Positions 1-10,856 of a stretch of 64,000 bases of DNA are shown here, piece after piece (position 1 is the stretch's first letter; every line of letters starts with the position of its first letter). The DNA lies in assembly GCA_018883425.1 (NCBI GenBank), contig VFQY01000001.1:432-64431 (forward strand). The letters run 5' to 3'. The translations under genes were made by a program, and so were the position numbers. This DNA comes from Candidatus Omnitrophota bacterium. Its GTDB lineage: Bacteria > Omnitrophota > Omnitrophia > Omnitrophales > Aquincolibacteriaceae. The notes below the pieces were generated by a model, which saw only the letters and a program-made list of their open reading frames with translations, was not told where the DNA came from and made no database searches.

Positions 1-2380
1 GCTCATAACTTTCCGCAATCACAGCCCGTATACCAAGCAGCGCGGGTCCCTTGGCCGCCCAGTCACGGGACGAACCGGAACCATATTCCTTTCCGGCAAT
101 CACAAGAAGCGGTGTCTTAGACGCGGCGTACTGCACAGAAGCATCGTAGATCGCAACCTTTTCTCCATCAGGCCAATGGCGGGTCCACCATCCTTCGGCG
201 CCGGGGACAAGCAGGTTCTTGAGCCGCACATTCGCAAAAGTTCCCCGGACCATAATCTCATGATTGCCGCGCCGCGCGCCGTAGGAATTAAAATCTCGAG
301 GCGGCACTCCGAGCGACTGCAGGTATTGCCCCGCAGGACTGTCCTTGGCGATGTTTCCAGCCGGGGAAATATGATCCGTCGTGACCGAGTCTCCCGCCAT
401 GACAAGCACACGCGCTCCCGAAATGTCGCAGAGAGGAGCGGGCTCCTTGGGCATCGCATCAAAGTAAGGAGCTTTCTTGATGTAGGTTGATTTTTCATCC
501 CAGGTGTAGGTATCCCCGGCCGGTGATTGAATCGCCTGCCACAGACTGTCGCCCGCGAAAACGTTTTCGTACTGCCGTTTGAACATGGCCGACTGCACCT
601 TGCCCATCGCTTCCTGAATTTCAGCGCTGCTCGGCCAGAGATCCTTCAGGTAGACGCTTTTTCCCGCAGCATCCGTTCCTATCGGCTCAGCGGTCAAATC
701 CATGTCAGCCGAGCCGGCTAGAGCATAAGCAACCACCAAGGGAGGCGAGGCCAAATAATTCGCACGCACCTGCGGGTTGACTCGCCCTTCGAAGTTGCGG
801 TTGCCGGACAGCACCGCCGCAGCCACAATGTCCTTCTCTTTCACAGCGCGGCTTACAGGTTCGGGCAAGGGACCCGAATTGCCGATGCAGGTTGTGCAGC
901 CGAAACCCACGACATGAAATTTCAGTTTTTCGAGGAAGGGCAGAAGTCCCGTTTCCTGGAGATAATCCACAACAACTTTGGAACCCGGAGCCAAACTGGT
1001 CTTGACCCAAGGCTTCACCGAAAGCCCTTTCTCGACCGCCTTTTTCGCGACAAGCCCTGCCGCGATGAGCACGGCGGGATTCGAAGTGTTCGTGCAGCTC
1101 GTAATCGCGGCGATCACAACTGCGCCGTCTTTCACTTCATACGAAGCGTCTCCGTCGCGCACAAGCGCTGTTCCGTCATCCTGAAGCAGCGGCTGAAAAG
1201 AAGTGCGGAACGAATCCCGAACTTTGCCCAAGGCCACACGGTCTTGAGGGCGCTTGGGACCAGCCAGACAAGGCTCGACGTCGGCCAAGTTTAATTCCAG
1301 CGTATCAGAAAAGAGAGGGTCCGGACTTCCAGGCTGTCTCAGAAGCCCCTGTTCACGGCAATAGATTTCAACCCTTTGGATTTGCTCCTCGGTCCGGCCC
1401 GTAAGACGCAAATAATTCAGCGTCTCGGCATCAATCGGGAAAAAACCCATCGTGGCGCCGTATTCAGGCGCCATGTTGGCAAGTGTGGCGCGGTCGGCAA
1501 GCGAAAGCTCATCGACCCCGGGACCGAAAAATTCCACAAACTTTCCGACGACTCCTTTTTTCCTCAGCATCTGCGTGACCGTCAAAACAAGATCGGTTGC
1601 CGTAATGCCTTCGCGCAGCTTGCCCGAGAACCTGAACCCGACCACCTCGGGAATCAGCATCGAACACGGCTGACCCAGCATGGCGGCTTCGGCTTCGATT
1701 CCGCCCACACCCCATCCCAAAACTCCAAGCCCGTTAATCATGGTCGTGTGCGAATCCGTTCCGACGAGAGAATCCGGATAAATGAGCGTTTCGGGACCAT
1801 TTTTTTTCGTGAAAACAACGTGGGCCAGATATTCCAAGTTGACCTGATGGACGATACCCGTGCCCGGCGGGACGACCTGGAAATCACGGAAAGCCTGCTG
1901 ACCCCAGCGCAAAAACTGATAGCGTTCCCGGTTGCGTTCATACTCAAGCGCGACGTTTTCACGGTACGCGGAATCGCTTCCGAAAGCATCCACCTGCACC
2001 GAGTGATCGATGACAAGATCCATCGGTTCGAGAGGATTAATTTTCGCGGGATCTCCTCCCATCAGACGGATGTGGTCGCGCATCGCGGCAAGATCGACAA
2101 CGACCGGGACCCCGGTAAAATCCTGAAGCAGGACACGGGCGGGTGTAAACGAGATCTCTTTTTCGGATTTGCGGGCGGGATCCCATTGGGCCAGCGCCTG
2201 GATATCCTCTTTACGGACAGACTTGCCGTCTTCGGTTCTGAGAAGATTTTCCAGAAGAATGCGTATCGAATACGGAATACGCGCCATCTGAAACCCCGCT
2301 TTTTCGAGGGCATCCAAACGAAAGAGGGTGAAGGTTTCACTGCCGATCTTGAGGGTCGACTTGGATTGAAAGCTGTTCAT
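1..2380 (-). CDS. acnA: Aconitate hydratase A; 3' end runs off the left edge
   Basis: Manual translation from ATG at 2380: [26 protein letters not shown]...[13 protein letters not shown]...[25 protein letters not shown], the AcnA N-terminus. Absent from the ORF track because the stop lies outside the window. Confidence 0.95.
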   Translation of the reverse strand, partial: MNSFQSKSTLKIGSETFTLFRLDALEKAGFQMARIPYSIRILLENLLRTEDGKSVRKEDIQALAQWDPARKSEKEISFTPARVLLQDFTGVPVVVDLAAMRDHIRLMGGDPAKINPLEPMDLVIDHSVQVDAFGSDSAYRENVALEYERNRERYQFLRWGQQAFRDFQVVPPGTGIVHQVNLEYLAHVVFTKKNGPETLIYPDSLVGTDSHTTMINGLGVLGWGVGGIEAEAAMLGQPCSMLIPEVVGFRFSGKLREGITATDLVLTVTQMLRKKGVVGKFVEFFGPGVDELSLADRATLANMAPEYGATMGFFPIDAETLNYLRLTGRTEEQIQRVEIYCREQGLLRQPGSPDPLFSDTLELNLADVEPCLAGPKRPQDRVALGKVRDSFRTSFQPLLQDDGTALVRDGDASYEVKDGAVVIAAITSCTNTSNPAVLIAAGLVAKKAVEKGLSVKPWVKTSLAPGSKVVVDYLQETGLLPFLEKLKFHVVGFGCTTCIGNSGPLPEPVSRAVKEKDIVAAAVLSGNRNFEGRVNPQVRANYLASPPLVVAYALAGSADMDLTAEPIGTDAAGKSVYLKDLWPSSAEIQEAMGKVQSAMFKRQYENVFAGDSLWQAIQSPAGDTYTWDEKSTYIKKAPYFDAMPKEPAPLCDISGARVLVMAGDSVTTDHISPAGNIAKDSPAGQYLQSLGVPPRDFNSYGARRGNHEIMVRGTFANVRLKNLLVPGAEGWWTRHWPDGEKVAIYDASVQYAASKTPLLVIAGKEYGSGSSRDWAAKGPALLGIRAVIAESYE

Positions 2381-2473
2381 GACGCTCCGGATTTTACCGG
2401 CCCCTGGAAGAGGCCGGACGCAATTGTTGGGACGCCGCCGCGGGCGTCCCGGTTGTTGTCGGGTATGAAACGG

Positions 2474-3418
2474 CTAAGGTTTCACCTGTGTCGTGCTGAT
2501 CTTCGCGCAGTTTTCCCGCACATGCTCCGCCGACACATGAAGCGCCTTACGCTGATCCTCGGTAATCGGAAGTTCGACAACCTCCAGAATTCCGGAACGG
2601 CCCAAACGGGCCGGAACCCCGCAGTAAACATCGCGGATTCCGTATTCTCCTGTCAAGTAGGCGCAAACCGGTATCACTTCCCGCGTGTCGCCGAGCACGG
2701 CGCGGACCATACGGACCGCCGAGGATGACGGCGCGTAATAAGCGCTTCCGGTCTTGAGATATTTTACGATTTCAGCGCCGCCGTCGCGGGTTCGCTGATT
2801 GATTTGCTCAATCTTATCGGCAGGCAGCAGCTCAGTCACCGGACGGCCCTGAACAAAGGTGTGCTGAGGCACAGGCACCATTTCGTCGCCGTGTCCGCCG
2901 AGCACCATCGCCTTGACATCCGCTGGTTTGCATCCCAAAGCCTCTGCGATGAAATAGGCACAGCGGGCCGAATCGAGCTCGCCGGCCATACCGAAGACGC
3001 GGCGGGTTTCAAAACCGGATTTTTTCCAGGCCAGATACGTCATCACATCCAGCGGATTTGTGACGGTGATGATCACCGCGCTGGGCGAGTACCGCGCGCA
3101 CTGTTCAACAATCCCGCCGACAATCTCGGCATTTTTAAAGAGGAGGTCATCACGGGTCATACCGGGTTTCCGAGCTAAACCGGCCGTGATCACAATCACG
3201 TCTGAATCCTGAGTATCCTCGTAGCGGTTGGTTCCCAAGATGGCTGTCGAAAATCCCTCGACCGGAGCGGATTCCATCATATCGAGCGCTTTGCCCTGCG
3301 GCAGCCCTTCGACGACGTCGATCAGAACCACATCCGCGATTTCTTTTTCCACGAGACGCTGAGCCGTCGTCGACCCGACGAAGCCTGCGCCCACAACAGT
3401 TACCTTAGGTTTTGCCAT
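2474..3418 (-). CDS. mdh: Malate dehydrogenase (LDH-like)
   Basis: GAGFVG Rossmann motif, TAGLARKPGMTRDDL, TNPLD, GGHGD, KTGSAYYAP. Confidence 0.95.
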   Translation of the reverse strand: MAKPKVTVVGAGFVGSTTAQRLVEKEIADVVLIDVVEGLPQGKALDMMESAPVEGFSTAILGTNRYEDTQDSDVIVITAGLARKPGMTRDDLLFKNAEIVGGIVEQCARYSPSAVIITVTNPLDVMTYLAWKKSGFETRRVFGMAGELDSARCAYFIAEALGCKPADVKAMVLGGHGDEMVPVPQHTFVQGRPVTELLPADKIEQINQRTRDGGAEIVKYLKTGSAYYAPSSSAVRMVRAVLGDTREVIPVCAYLTGEYGIRDVYCGVPARLGRSGILEVVELPITEDQRKALHVSAEHVRENCAKISTTQVKP

Positions 3419-3460
3419 GTTCTTATCTCCTTAAGAAGACCGCGCCAGGCGCGGAATGTT

Positions 3461-4567
3461 TTAACGTCCAGCTTTGGAAAGTTCCATTTTGCGGATGATG
3501 GCATCTCCCATTTCACGGGTCCCCACCGCAGTCGGATCATTCCGGCTGGCTTTCATATCGTAGGTGACGTCCTTGCCCTCGCGAATCACCTCTGCCACAG
3601 CCTGCTCGAGACGATCGGCCGAATCATGCTCTTCCAGGTAGCGGAGCATGAGAACCCCGGAGAGGATCATCGCCGTCGGATTAACCTTATTCAGACCCTT
3701 GTACTTCGGCGCAGACCCGTGCGTCGCTTCAAAAAGAGCTCCGTTGGATCCGATGTTGGCTCCAGGCGCGACTCCCAGACCTCCGATGAGACCTGCGCAG
3801 AGATCAGAAAGAATATCGCCGTAAAGATTGGGAAGCACCAGCACATCGTAAAGCTCCGGCGTTTGAACAAGCTGCATGCTCATGTTATCGACGATCCGGT
3901 CATCGAATTCGATGTCGGGATACTGCTTGGCAACTTCGCGCGCCACTTCAAGAAAAAGCCCGTCTGAAAACTTCATGATGTTGGCTTTGTGAACCGCGGT
4001 GACCTTCCTGCGCTTGTACTTGCGGGCATACTCAAACGCGTAGCGGACGATGCGTTCCGTCCCGAAAACCGAGATGGGCTTGATGCTGACGCCAGAATCC
4101 GGCCGGATCTTCTTGGCCGCATACCGGTTAATAAACTCAATGACTTCCTGACATTCTTTCGTGCCTTTCTGGAATTCAATACCGGCATAGAGGTCTTCGG
4201 TGTTTTCCCTCACAATCACCAGATCGATATTCTGATAGCGTGAACGGACGCCTTCGTAGCTCTTGCAGGGGCGCACGCAGGCATACATATCGAGTTCCTT
4301 GCGGAGGGCAACGTTGACAGAGCGGAATCCCGTGCCGACCGGCGTCGTGATCGGCGACTTGATGGCAATTTTATTTTTTCTGATCGATTCCAGCACACTG
4401 TCGGGCAGCGGCGTGCCGAGCTTGGCCATTACATCCACTCCAGCTTCCTGAACATCCCAACGGAATTGAACGCCGGTAGCTTCAAGACACTTGCGTGTCA
4501 CCTCGGCGAGTTCAGGACCGATGCCGTCTCCCGGAATAAGGGTAATATCGTAAGTCTTCATGACCAT
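3461..4567 (-). CDS. icd: Isocitrate dehydrogenase (isocitrate/isopropylmalate dehydrogenase family)
   Basis: [52 protein letters not shown]; clustered with mdh and acnA. Confidence 0.88.
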   Translation of the reverse strand: MVMKTYDITLIPGDGIGPELAEVTRKCLEATGVQFRWDVQEAGVDVMAKLGTPLPDSVLESIRKNKIAIKSPITTPVGTGFRSVNVALRKELDMYACVRPCKSYEGVRSRYQNIDLVIVRENTEDLYAGIEFQKGTKECQEVIEFINRYAAKKIRPDSGVSIKPISVFGTERIVRYAFEYARKYKRRKVTAVHKANIMKFSDGLFLEVAREVAKQYPDIEFDDRIVDNMSMQLVQTPELYDVLVLPNLYGDILSDLCAGLIGGLGVAPGANIGSNGALFEATHGSAPKYKGLNKVNPTAMILSGVLMLRYLEEHDSADRLEQAVAEVIREGKDVTYDMKASRNDPTAVGTREMGDAIIRKMELSKAGR

Positions 4568-4694
4568 CTCCTTGAAAAGTCGAGGGTAAAGTCCTCATGC
4601 TTGGGAGGGGGTCCCGAAGAGCACTTGACTTTAGGGGTTTTCATTGCAAAATAAGGCCGTCTTAATTCTTTCCTGCGAGAAGCGCGTATTTTAT

Positions 4695-5474
4695 ATGAAC
4701 ACAGAAAAAATTAAAAGCACCCTATTCGAAGCCTTGAAAAAGGCCGGATCCATCGCCCGCGAAGCGATCCACGCCCCCAAAGAAGTCCAGATTAAAGCCG
4801 AATACAGCATTGTCACCCAGACGGATATGGAATGCGACCGCGTGATCGTCGAAACAATCCGCCGGGAATTTCCGGATCACGCCTTCTTAACTGAGGAGTC
4901 CCCGGCAAGCGGCCATTCCTCATCGCGGTGGATTATCGATCCCATTGACGGCACCACCAATTTTGCTCACGGCTACCCGGTTTCCTGCGTCTCCATCGCG
5001 TTTGAATACGAGTCTCAGGTGCTCATGGGCGGGATCTTGGATCCGTTTCGGGACGAGCTTTTCTTTGCCGAGAAGAACCGAGGCGCCTTCATGAACGGCA
5101 AGCCCATCCGCGTGTCCGCAGTCTCAAAACTTACGGAAGCTCTCATCAGCACAGGCTTCCCCTACGATACCCGTCAGCACGTCGACGAATACCTTGCGGT
5201 TTTCAAACAGTTCCTGCTCGCCTCTCAGGGCGTACGCCGGGCCGGAGCTGCTGCGCTCGACCTTTGCTATGTCGCATGCGGCCGTTTCGACGCCTACTAT
5301 GAAAAAAATCTTCAGCCCTGGGATAAGGCCGCGGGTCTGCTGATCGTCGAGGAGGCCGGGGGAAGAATTTCTGACTATGCGGGAAATGCTCTCAAGCTCA
5401 CAGACCGCGCCAACCTCGCCTCGAATGGGGTCCTGCACGATTCGATGATGGCCGTCCTCCGGCCCTACGCCTGA
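4695..5474 (+). CDS. suhB: Inositol monophosphatase family protein
   Basis: WIIDPIDGTTNFAHG and PWDKAAG motifs; start placed at ATG 4695. Confidence 0.88.
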   Translation: MNTEKIKSTLFEALKKAGSIAREAIHAPKEVQIKAEYSIVTQTDMECDRVIVETIRREFPDHAFLTEESPASGHSSSRWIIDPIDGTTNFAHGYPVSCVSIAFEYESQVLMGGILDPFRDELFFAEKNRGAFMNGKPIRVSAVSKLTEALISTGFPYDTRQHVDEYLAVFKQFLLASQGVRRAGAAALDLCYVACGRFDAYYEKNLQPWDKAAGLLIVEEAGGRISDYAGNALKLTDRANLASNGVLHDSMMAVLRPYA

Positions 5475-6268
5475 GCAGAATTCTTTTTCTCAGACAATAT
5501 CTTTTCCAGAAAAGCTGCCGGTTTGTCCCAGTAATCCTCGCCAGCCTTGATGGGAAGATCGTTATGGCGCCCGTCGGCGATTGAAAAAAACTCCTTGGGA
5601 AGGGGCGCCTTTTCAAAAAGTTCTCCCGCCATGGCGTACGGGCAGATTTCATCTTCCATTCCGTGAAGAATGAACAGGGGTGCCTTGAGCCCTGCGATGT
5701 AATCTTCATTAGGGAAGGTGAAGTCACGGACGAGCGCCGAGGGCACGAAGGGATAGTGGATTTTGCCGAGATCCGCAAACGAAGTAAACGGGGCTTCGAG
5801 AATCACAGCCGCCGCGGAATGCTCAACGCCCAGGCGGATTGCCGGATGCGTCCCCAGAGATTCCCCGTAGAAAACAACTTTGGACAGAGGCCAGTTTTTT
5901 TCTTTCATGAGCCATTCAAGAGAGGCCTCAGCATCCCGCATCACATCGTCCTGATGCTCGATTCGTCCCTGGCTGGCGCCGTAGCCCCTGTAATCGACGA
6001 GACACACAGCGTATCCGCGCCGAACCCATCCGTCAGCTTTGGCAAGTCGGCCGGAAATATTTCCCGCGTTGCCGTGAAAAAAAAGCAGAACTGCTTTTGC
6101 GCCAGGAGCGGGAAGGTACCAGCCGTGCAGATCCACCCCGTCAGACGTGCGAATGAGCGCGTTCTCAAAAATCAGTCCGTAGTCGGCCGGTTTTTCATAA
6201 AAGGCCTTTTCCGGAAAAAAAATCATCGAAGCAATCATAAGTTTAAGCAATCCTTCCCAGAAATTCAT
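5465..6268 (-). CDS. Alpha/beta hydrolase (ABHD13/BEM46-like)
   Basis: HGNAGN, DYRGYG, GESLG nucleophile elbow, HGxxDE, HND. Confidence 0.85.
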   Translation of the reverse strand: MNFWEGLLKLMIASMIFFPEKAFYEKPADYGLIFENALIRTSDGVDLHGWYLPAPGAKAVLLFFHGNAGNISGRLAKADGWVRRGYAVCLVDYRGYGASQGRIEHQDDVMRDAEASLEWLMKEKNWPLSKVVFYGESLGTHPAIRLGVEHSAAAVILEAPFTSFADLGKIHYPFVPSALVRDFTFPNEDYIAGLKAPLFILHGMEDEICPYAMAGELFEKAPLPKEFFSIADGRHNDLPIKAGEDYWDKPAAFLEKILSEKKNSAQA

Positions 6269-6368
6269 CGCAAGGTCTCTCCGTGCAAGCTTAGTCAATC
6301 CGGCTTTAAAACTCAATGACAAACCCGCCCGTTGCAAAAGAACCGCGATCTTTCTAAACTAGGGGTCC

Positions 6369-7442
6369 ATGAAACCTCATTTACTTCATCCGCTGAGAAA
6401 AAAACTCCTTGCCTGGTACCGCTCGGAGGCGCGCAAACTCCCATGGAGGGAAACGCGGGATCCCTACGCAATCTGGGTTTCCGAGATTATGCTTCAGCAA
6501 ACCCAGGTCGATACCGTCATCCCGTATTACGGGCGCTGGCTTCAAAAGTTTCCGGATGTCCAAACCCTCGCAAGCGCGCCGCTCGAAGAAGTTCTGTCCG
6601 CCTGGGCCGGGCTGGGCTATTACCGCAGAGCCCGCAGCCTTCACCAGGCCGCTCAGCTCCTTGTGGAAAAACACGGCTCTAAAATGCCGCGCCAGGCCGC
6701 TCAACTCATCCTCCTGCCCGGCGTCGGCCGCTACACGGCCGGTGCCGTAGCCAGTATCGCTTTCGGAGAAAGGACTCCCCTCGTCGACGGAAATGTGATC
6801 CGGATCCTGACGAGAATTTTTGCCATTCCGCGCAGCACCGCCGAACCGGCAACCCAAAAAGAAATCTGGGCTCTTGCCGGCGCTCTGGTCCCGGACGGCA
6901 GTCCCGGCGATTTCAACCAGGCCCTGATGGAGCTGGGTGCAGTCCTCTGTACTCCCAGGAATCCGCTCTGCAGCGCTTGCCCTGTTGAGCGGCAATGCCG
7001 GGCAAGGGCTCTTGGAAATCCCACCCGCTTTCCTGTACAGCCGCGGCGCGTAAAAATTGAAAAAATCCGGAACTTTTCGCTCGTCCTGAATCAGCGCGAC
7101 AAAGTCTGGCTTCAGAAACAATCCGCAGAAGGGCGCTGGGGAGGTCTGTGGATGTTTCCTTTTTGGGATAACCTAAAATCGCTGCTGCAAGCCGCGGATG
7201 ACGCAGGAGGAGCCGCCCAAAAATGGTTCAGCCTGAAACACGGCTACACGAAATTTCAGATCCAGCTGGACGTTTATCATGCGGCGGTTTCCGCCGTTGC
7301 GCGCACATGCAAGCGCGGCACGAGCGGGCGATGGGTGCGGCTCGAGGAACTCAAGGGTTACGCACTGCCGGCGCCGCACCGTAAAATCGCGGAAAAACTA
7401 ACCGCCGGCTCTGCCCGGAAGGACCGATATGACGCAGCCTGA
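6369..7442 (+). CDS. mutY: A/G-specific adenine glycosylase
   Basis: WVSEIMLQQT, WAGLGYY, HhH motif LPGVGRYTAGA, Fe-S motif CTPRNPLCSACPVERQC. Confidence 0.95.
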   Translation: MKPHLLHPLRKKLLAWYRSEARKLPWRETRDPYAIWVSEIMLQQTQVDTVIPYYGRWLQKFPDVQTLASAPLEEVLSAWAGLGYYRRARSLHQAAQLLVEKHGSKMPRQAAQLILLPGVGRYTAGAVASIAFGERTPLVDGNVIRILTRIFAIPRSTAEPATQKEIWALAGALVPDGSPGDFNQALMELGAVLCTPRNPLCSACPVERQCRARALGNPTRFPVQPRRVKIEKIRNFSLVLNQRDKVWLQKQSAEGRWGGLWMFPFWDNLKSLLQAADDAGGAAQKWFSLKHGYTKFQIQLDVYHAAVSAVARTCKRGTSGRWVRLEELKGYALPAPHRKIAEKLTAGSARKDRYDAA

Positions 7443-8436
7443 TTCCTTCTCACAGGAAGAAACTCTTCTTTTTACACCGCTGCCTTGCGACGCTCTGCGC
7501 GTGCGGGGCAAAGACAGGGTAAGCGTTCTTCACCGCCTCCTCACTCAGGATATCCGCGCCCTGGCGCCGAACCTCGGAACGGAATCCGCACTCTTGAACG
7601 CCCGGGGCAAAGTGCTCGCCCTCATGAAAGTCGAAGCGTTTGGGGATTCTCTGCGCATTTCTGTCGAACAAGACTTCGGAAAAAAAACCCGTGAGGCACT
7701 TGAAAAACTCATCATCACAGAAGATGTCCAAATCGAAAGCGAGGAGAACCTCGTGCGGATCATCCTTACGGGCCGGCGGGCAAGAACGATACTCGAAACG
7801 GCTTTCTCGCTGTCCTTAGCCCCGCTGCGCTCCGAAAGGTTCTTTGACCTTGCCGAATTTTCGTGGGGCGGGAATGCCGCTGTCCTTGCGGAAATTCGGC
7901 CGGATTTTTTTGAAGTCCTCCTTCCGGCGTCCTCCGCCCCTTCCTTCGAAGAGCGTCTTGTCCAATCGGAACAGGCGGCGCAGCTCAGCTGCCGAGACCT
8001 CGGAGGCTGGGAAGTTTATCGAATCGAACACGGTCTGGCGAAGCTCGGCATCGACATCACGGAGGAAGACACACTTCCGGAAACCGGATTGGACGGAATT
8101 CTAGCGAGCGGCACCAAGGGCTGTTACCCCGGTCAAGAAGTTGTCGCAAGAACGAATACCTACAGCGGTCATGCAAAAAAGTTGCGGGTCCTCATGTTCA
8201 CATCGCAAAGGGTTCCCAACCCGGGCAGCCCGATCTTTTCAGGGGGCGGGGAAATCGGCCGAATTACAAGCTCCTGCTTTTCAGCACGGCAGCAGAAAAC
8301 CATGAGTTTTGCATATCTCAGGAGAGGGCACTTCGAAATCGGCAGCAAAACGTTTTTGACGATCAACGGCCTCGAGTCAGAGACGGCCGTGCTCGACCCG
8401 CGGGATTTGAGAAATCAATCGGGCCGCCAAGGCTGA
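7429..8436 (+). CDS. ygfZ: Folate-binding YgfZ/GcvT-family protein
   Basis: KGCYPGQE signature. Confidence 0.85.
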   Translation: MTQPDSFSQEETLLFTPLPCDALRVRGKDRVSVLHRLLTQDIRALAPNLGTESALLNARGKVLALMKVEAFGDSLRISVEQDFGKKTREALEKLIITEDVQIESEENLVRIILTGRRARTILETAFSLSLAPLRSERFFDLAEFSWGGNAAVLAEIRPDFFEVLLPASSAPSFEERLVQSEQAAQLSCRDLGGWEVYRIEHGLAKLGIDITEEDTLPETGLDGILASGTKGCYPGQEVVARTNTYSGHAKKLRVLMFTSQRVPNPGSPIFSGGGEIGRITSSCFSARQQKTMSFAYLRRGHFEIGSKTFLTINGLESETAVLDPRDLRNQSGRQG

Positions 8437-10856
8437 TAATCAGGCACGGCTGAACAAAGCGCTCTGAGAATCGCGTCCCGATCCGAGCCCAGGGATGCCT
8501 GCTTAAGAAGGAATTCCATCTTCTTGCGAAAATCAGCGTCTGTGACGGGGGCTTCCCAAATTTGAATCTTGGAGCATTCGGTCGGGATCAACCGCTCGCC
8601 TTTCATCTGGATCTCCTCTTCGAGTTTCTCGCCCGGCCTGAGACCGATGTAGCGGATGGGAATCTGATCCGGCGCGGCGCCCATGAGCTGCATAAGATTA
8701 CGGGCTAAATCGGCAATCCTCAGAGGGTCGCCCATGTCCAGAACGAAAATTCTTTTACCTCCGCCGATCCTGGAGGCCTCCAGGATCAAAAAAACCGCCT
8801 CCGAGATATCCATAAAATAGCGTTTGACGTCCGGATGCGTCACGGTGACCGGACCGCCCCTTTCAATCTGGGATCTAAAAAGCGGGACGACGCTGCCCCG
8901 GCTGTTGAAAACGTTTCCAAAACGGACTGCCATGAACTGGGTTTTTGCGGAGCTCATGGTCTGCAGATAAAGTTCTCCGATCCGCTTCGTGGCCCCCATC
9001 ACGCTCGAGGGACGAATCGCTTTATCCGTGGAAACCATCACGAATTTTTCCGATTCAAACTGGGCCGCCAAATCCGCAGCATTGCGGGTACCGAGCACAT
9101 TATTCAGGATACCCTCGGCAACATGATGCTCGAGAAGCGGCACATGTTTGTAGGCCGCGGCGTGATAGACGATCTCGGGACGATGACTGGAAAAAACTTT
9201 TTCAAGAGCGGCGCGGTCCCGAATATCCCGCAGATAAGGCACCACCCGAACCCCGGAAGCTGCCGATGCCGCAAGCTCCATTTCGATCTCATAAAGATTA
9301 CTTTCTGACTGATCGACCAAAACGATTTCATGCGGATGATGCTCGTGAATTCTGCGGGCAAGCTCCGACCCGATGGATCCGCCGGCCCCAGTAATGAGAA
9401 TTCGCTTCCCGGCCAGAAAGTTTTCAAGACGGCCCGCATCCGCTTTGACCAAACTTCTTCCGAGAAGGTCGGCGACATCGACTTCTTTGAGCTGGAGCGG
9501 CACGATCTGGGGGGGCAGAATGTTTGCCATGCGCGGCATGATGCGGCAGATCAGATCCAAGCGCCTCCCTTCGCTGAGAATGGTCTGGATCGTTTGTCCT
9601 GAGACCTCTGTCAGCGCAATGATCAAGGCCTCGGCTTTTTTGACCCGGGCAGCCTGCGTCAGGTGATTCAACCCCCCGAGAACTTTGATACCGTGAATGC
9701 GGACCCCCGCCTTGAGCGGGTCTTCATCCAGAATGCCGACCGGGCGGTAACCCAGGCCGGGCCTTTTCATCAACTCTCGGATCAAACGCTCGCCGGCGTC
9801 ACCCGCCCCGAGGATAAGCGTATTTTTCGACTTGTGTCCGGTGCGGGGAACGCGGAGACGCTCTGCCGTCACCTTAAAAAAAATACGTGAAAAGCCAAGC
9901 GCCAAAATCAGGATGAGCCAATCCAAAACCAGCGTGGATCGGGGCTGATAACCCGTCTGTGCCAAAAAACTTACGACAGGCAGGAGCAGAGAACCCGCCG
10001 TCACGGACTTGACGATCGCAATCAGTTCGGTCAGTCCCAGATATTGCCAAAGCGTCTGATAAAGTCCGAAAGAAACGTAACAAAACCCCCGGAGGATCAG
10101 CACCCAGGGCAGCATGGCCCAGAAAATGGCGAGCTGATCTTCGGGGACCTGATTTTCGAACCTCAGAAGAAAGGCAGCCGCGTAGGAGGCTGCGGCCAGC
10201 ACCAAATCAAACGCAAGAAAAGAAATTCTGCGCCGGCTTTCGAAGATATATCCCCATTTAAAAAAACCGGAAGTCAGAGCGGGCACGGCTCGGAAAACGA
10301 TTTTCAAATCCTTCAGGGGGTCCCGGCTTCGCACATAATCCAGATCGCACTGTATTTTTGCTTTCAGGATATGTTCCCGGTAAAAAGCTTCAATATCTCC
10401 GGTCTCGGGCAAAATTTTCTCTTCATCGCGCCAAAGAAGCTGCGATGAACCCAAAATGCCGGGCCTGGTTTCAAAAATTTCAGCGCGCTCGCTCTCCGCA
10501 TAAAGATCCATCATGCGGGGCACCTCGGGACGCGGCCCCACCAGGCTCATCTCGCCTAAAACCACATTGAAAAGCTGCGGAAGCTCATCCAGCTTTGACT
10601 TTCTTAGAACACGGCCGATCCTCGTAATCCGCACATCGTTCTTAGCCGTAATTTGTGCGCCGAGGGATTCAGCGTCTTCCACCATCGTACGGAATTTCCA
10701 AATCCAGAACACCTGACCTCTCCGCCCCACTCTCTCTTGCCGAAAAAAAACACTGCCCTCGGCATCAAGCTTGATGAGCAGCGCAGTCAAAATCATCAGC
10801 GGGGACAGAACCGCGAGAGCCGTCAGACTGACCGCAAAATCCAGAACTCTCTTCAT
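8415..10856 (-). CDS. Fusion of a monotopic phosphoglycosyl transferase (PglC/Bac_transf) and a PglF/CapD-type UDP-GlcNAc 4,6-dehydratase
   Basis: N-terminus KRVLD...KFRTM...DELPQLFNV..GEMSLVGPRPE; then TM helices, GAGDAG domain, GAGGSIGSE, HAAAYKHVP, STDKA, MGATKR, VRFGNV, GLRPGEKL. Confidence 0.9.
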   Translation of the reverse strand: MKRVLDFAVSLTALAVLSPLMILTALLIKLDAEGSVFFRQERVGRRGQVFWIWKFRTMVEDAESLGAQITAKNDVRITRIGRVLRKSKLDELPQLFNVVLGEMSLVGPRPEVPRMMDLYAESERAEIFETRPGILGSSQLLWRDEEKILPETGDIEAFYREHILKAKIQCDLDYVRSRDPLKDLKIVFRAVPALTSGFFKWGYIFESRRRISFLAFDLVLAAASYAAAFLLRFENQVPEDQLAIFWAMLPWVLILRGFCYVSFGLYQTLWQYLGLTELIAIVKSVTAGSLLLPVVSFLAQTGYQPRSTLVLDWLILILALGFSRIFFKVTAERLRVPRTGHKSKNTLILGAGDAGERLIRELMKRPGLGYRPVGILDEDPLKAGVRIHGIKVLGGLNHLTQAARVKKAEALIIALTEVSGQTIQTILSEGRRLDLICRIMPRMANILPPQIVPLQLKEVDVADLLGRSLVKADAGRLENFLAGKRILITGAGGSIGSELARRIHEHHPHEIVLVDQSESNLYEIEMELAASAASGVRVVPYLRDIRDRAALEKVFSSHRPEIVYHAAAYKHVPLLEHHVAEGILNNVLGTRNAADLAAQFESEKFVMVSTDKAIRPSSVMGATKRIGELYLQTMSSAKTQFMAVRFGNVFNSRGSVVPLFRSQIERGGPVTVTHPDVKRYFMDISEAVFLILEASRIGGGKRIFVLDMGDPLRIADLARNLMQLMGAAPDQIPIRYIGLRPGEKLEEEIQMKGERLIPTECSKIQIWEAPVTDADFRKKMEFLLKQASLGSDRDAILRALCSAVPDYQPWRPD

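Noticed and set aside
1376-2728. 450-aa plus-strand ORF, and other ORFs within 100-2340
   Set aside because: Antisense or off-frame shadows of acnA and mdh; no recognisable motifs.
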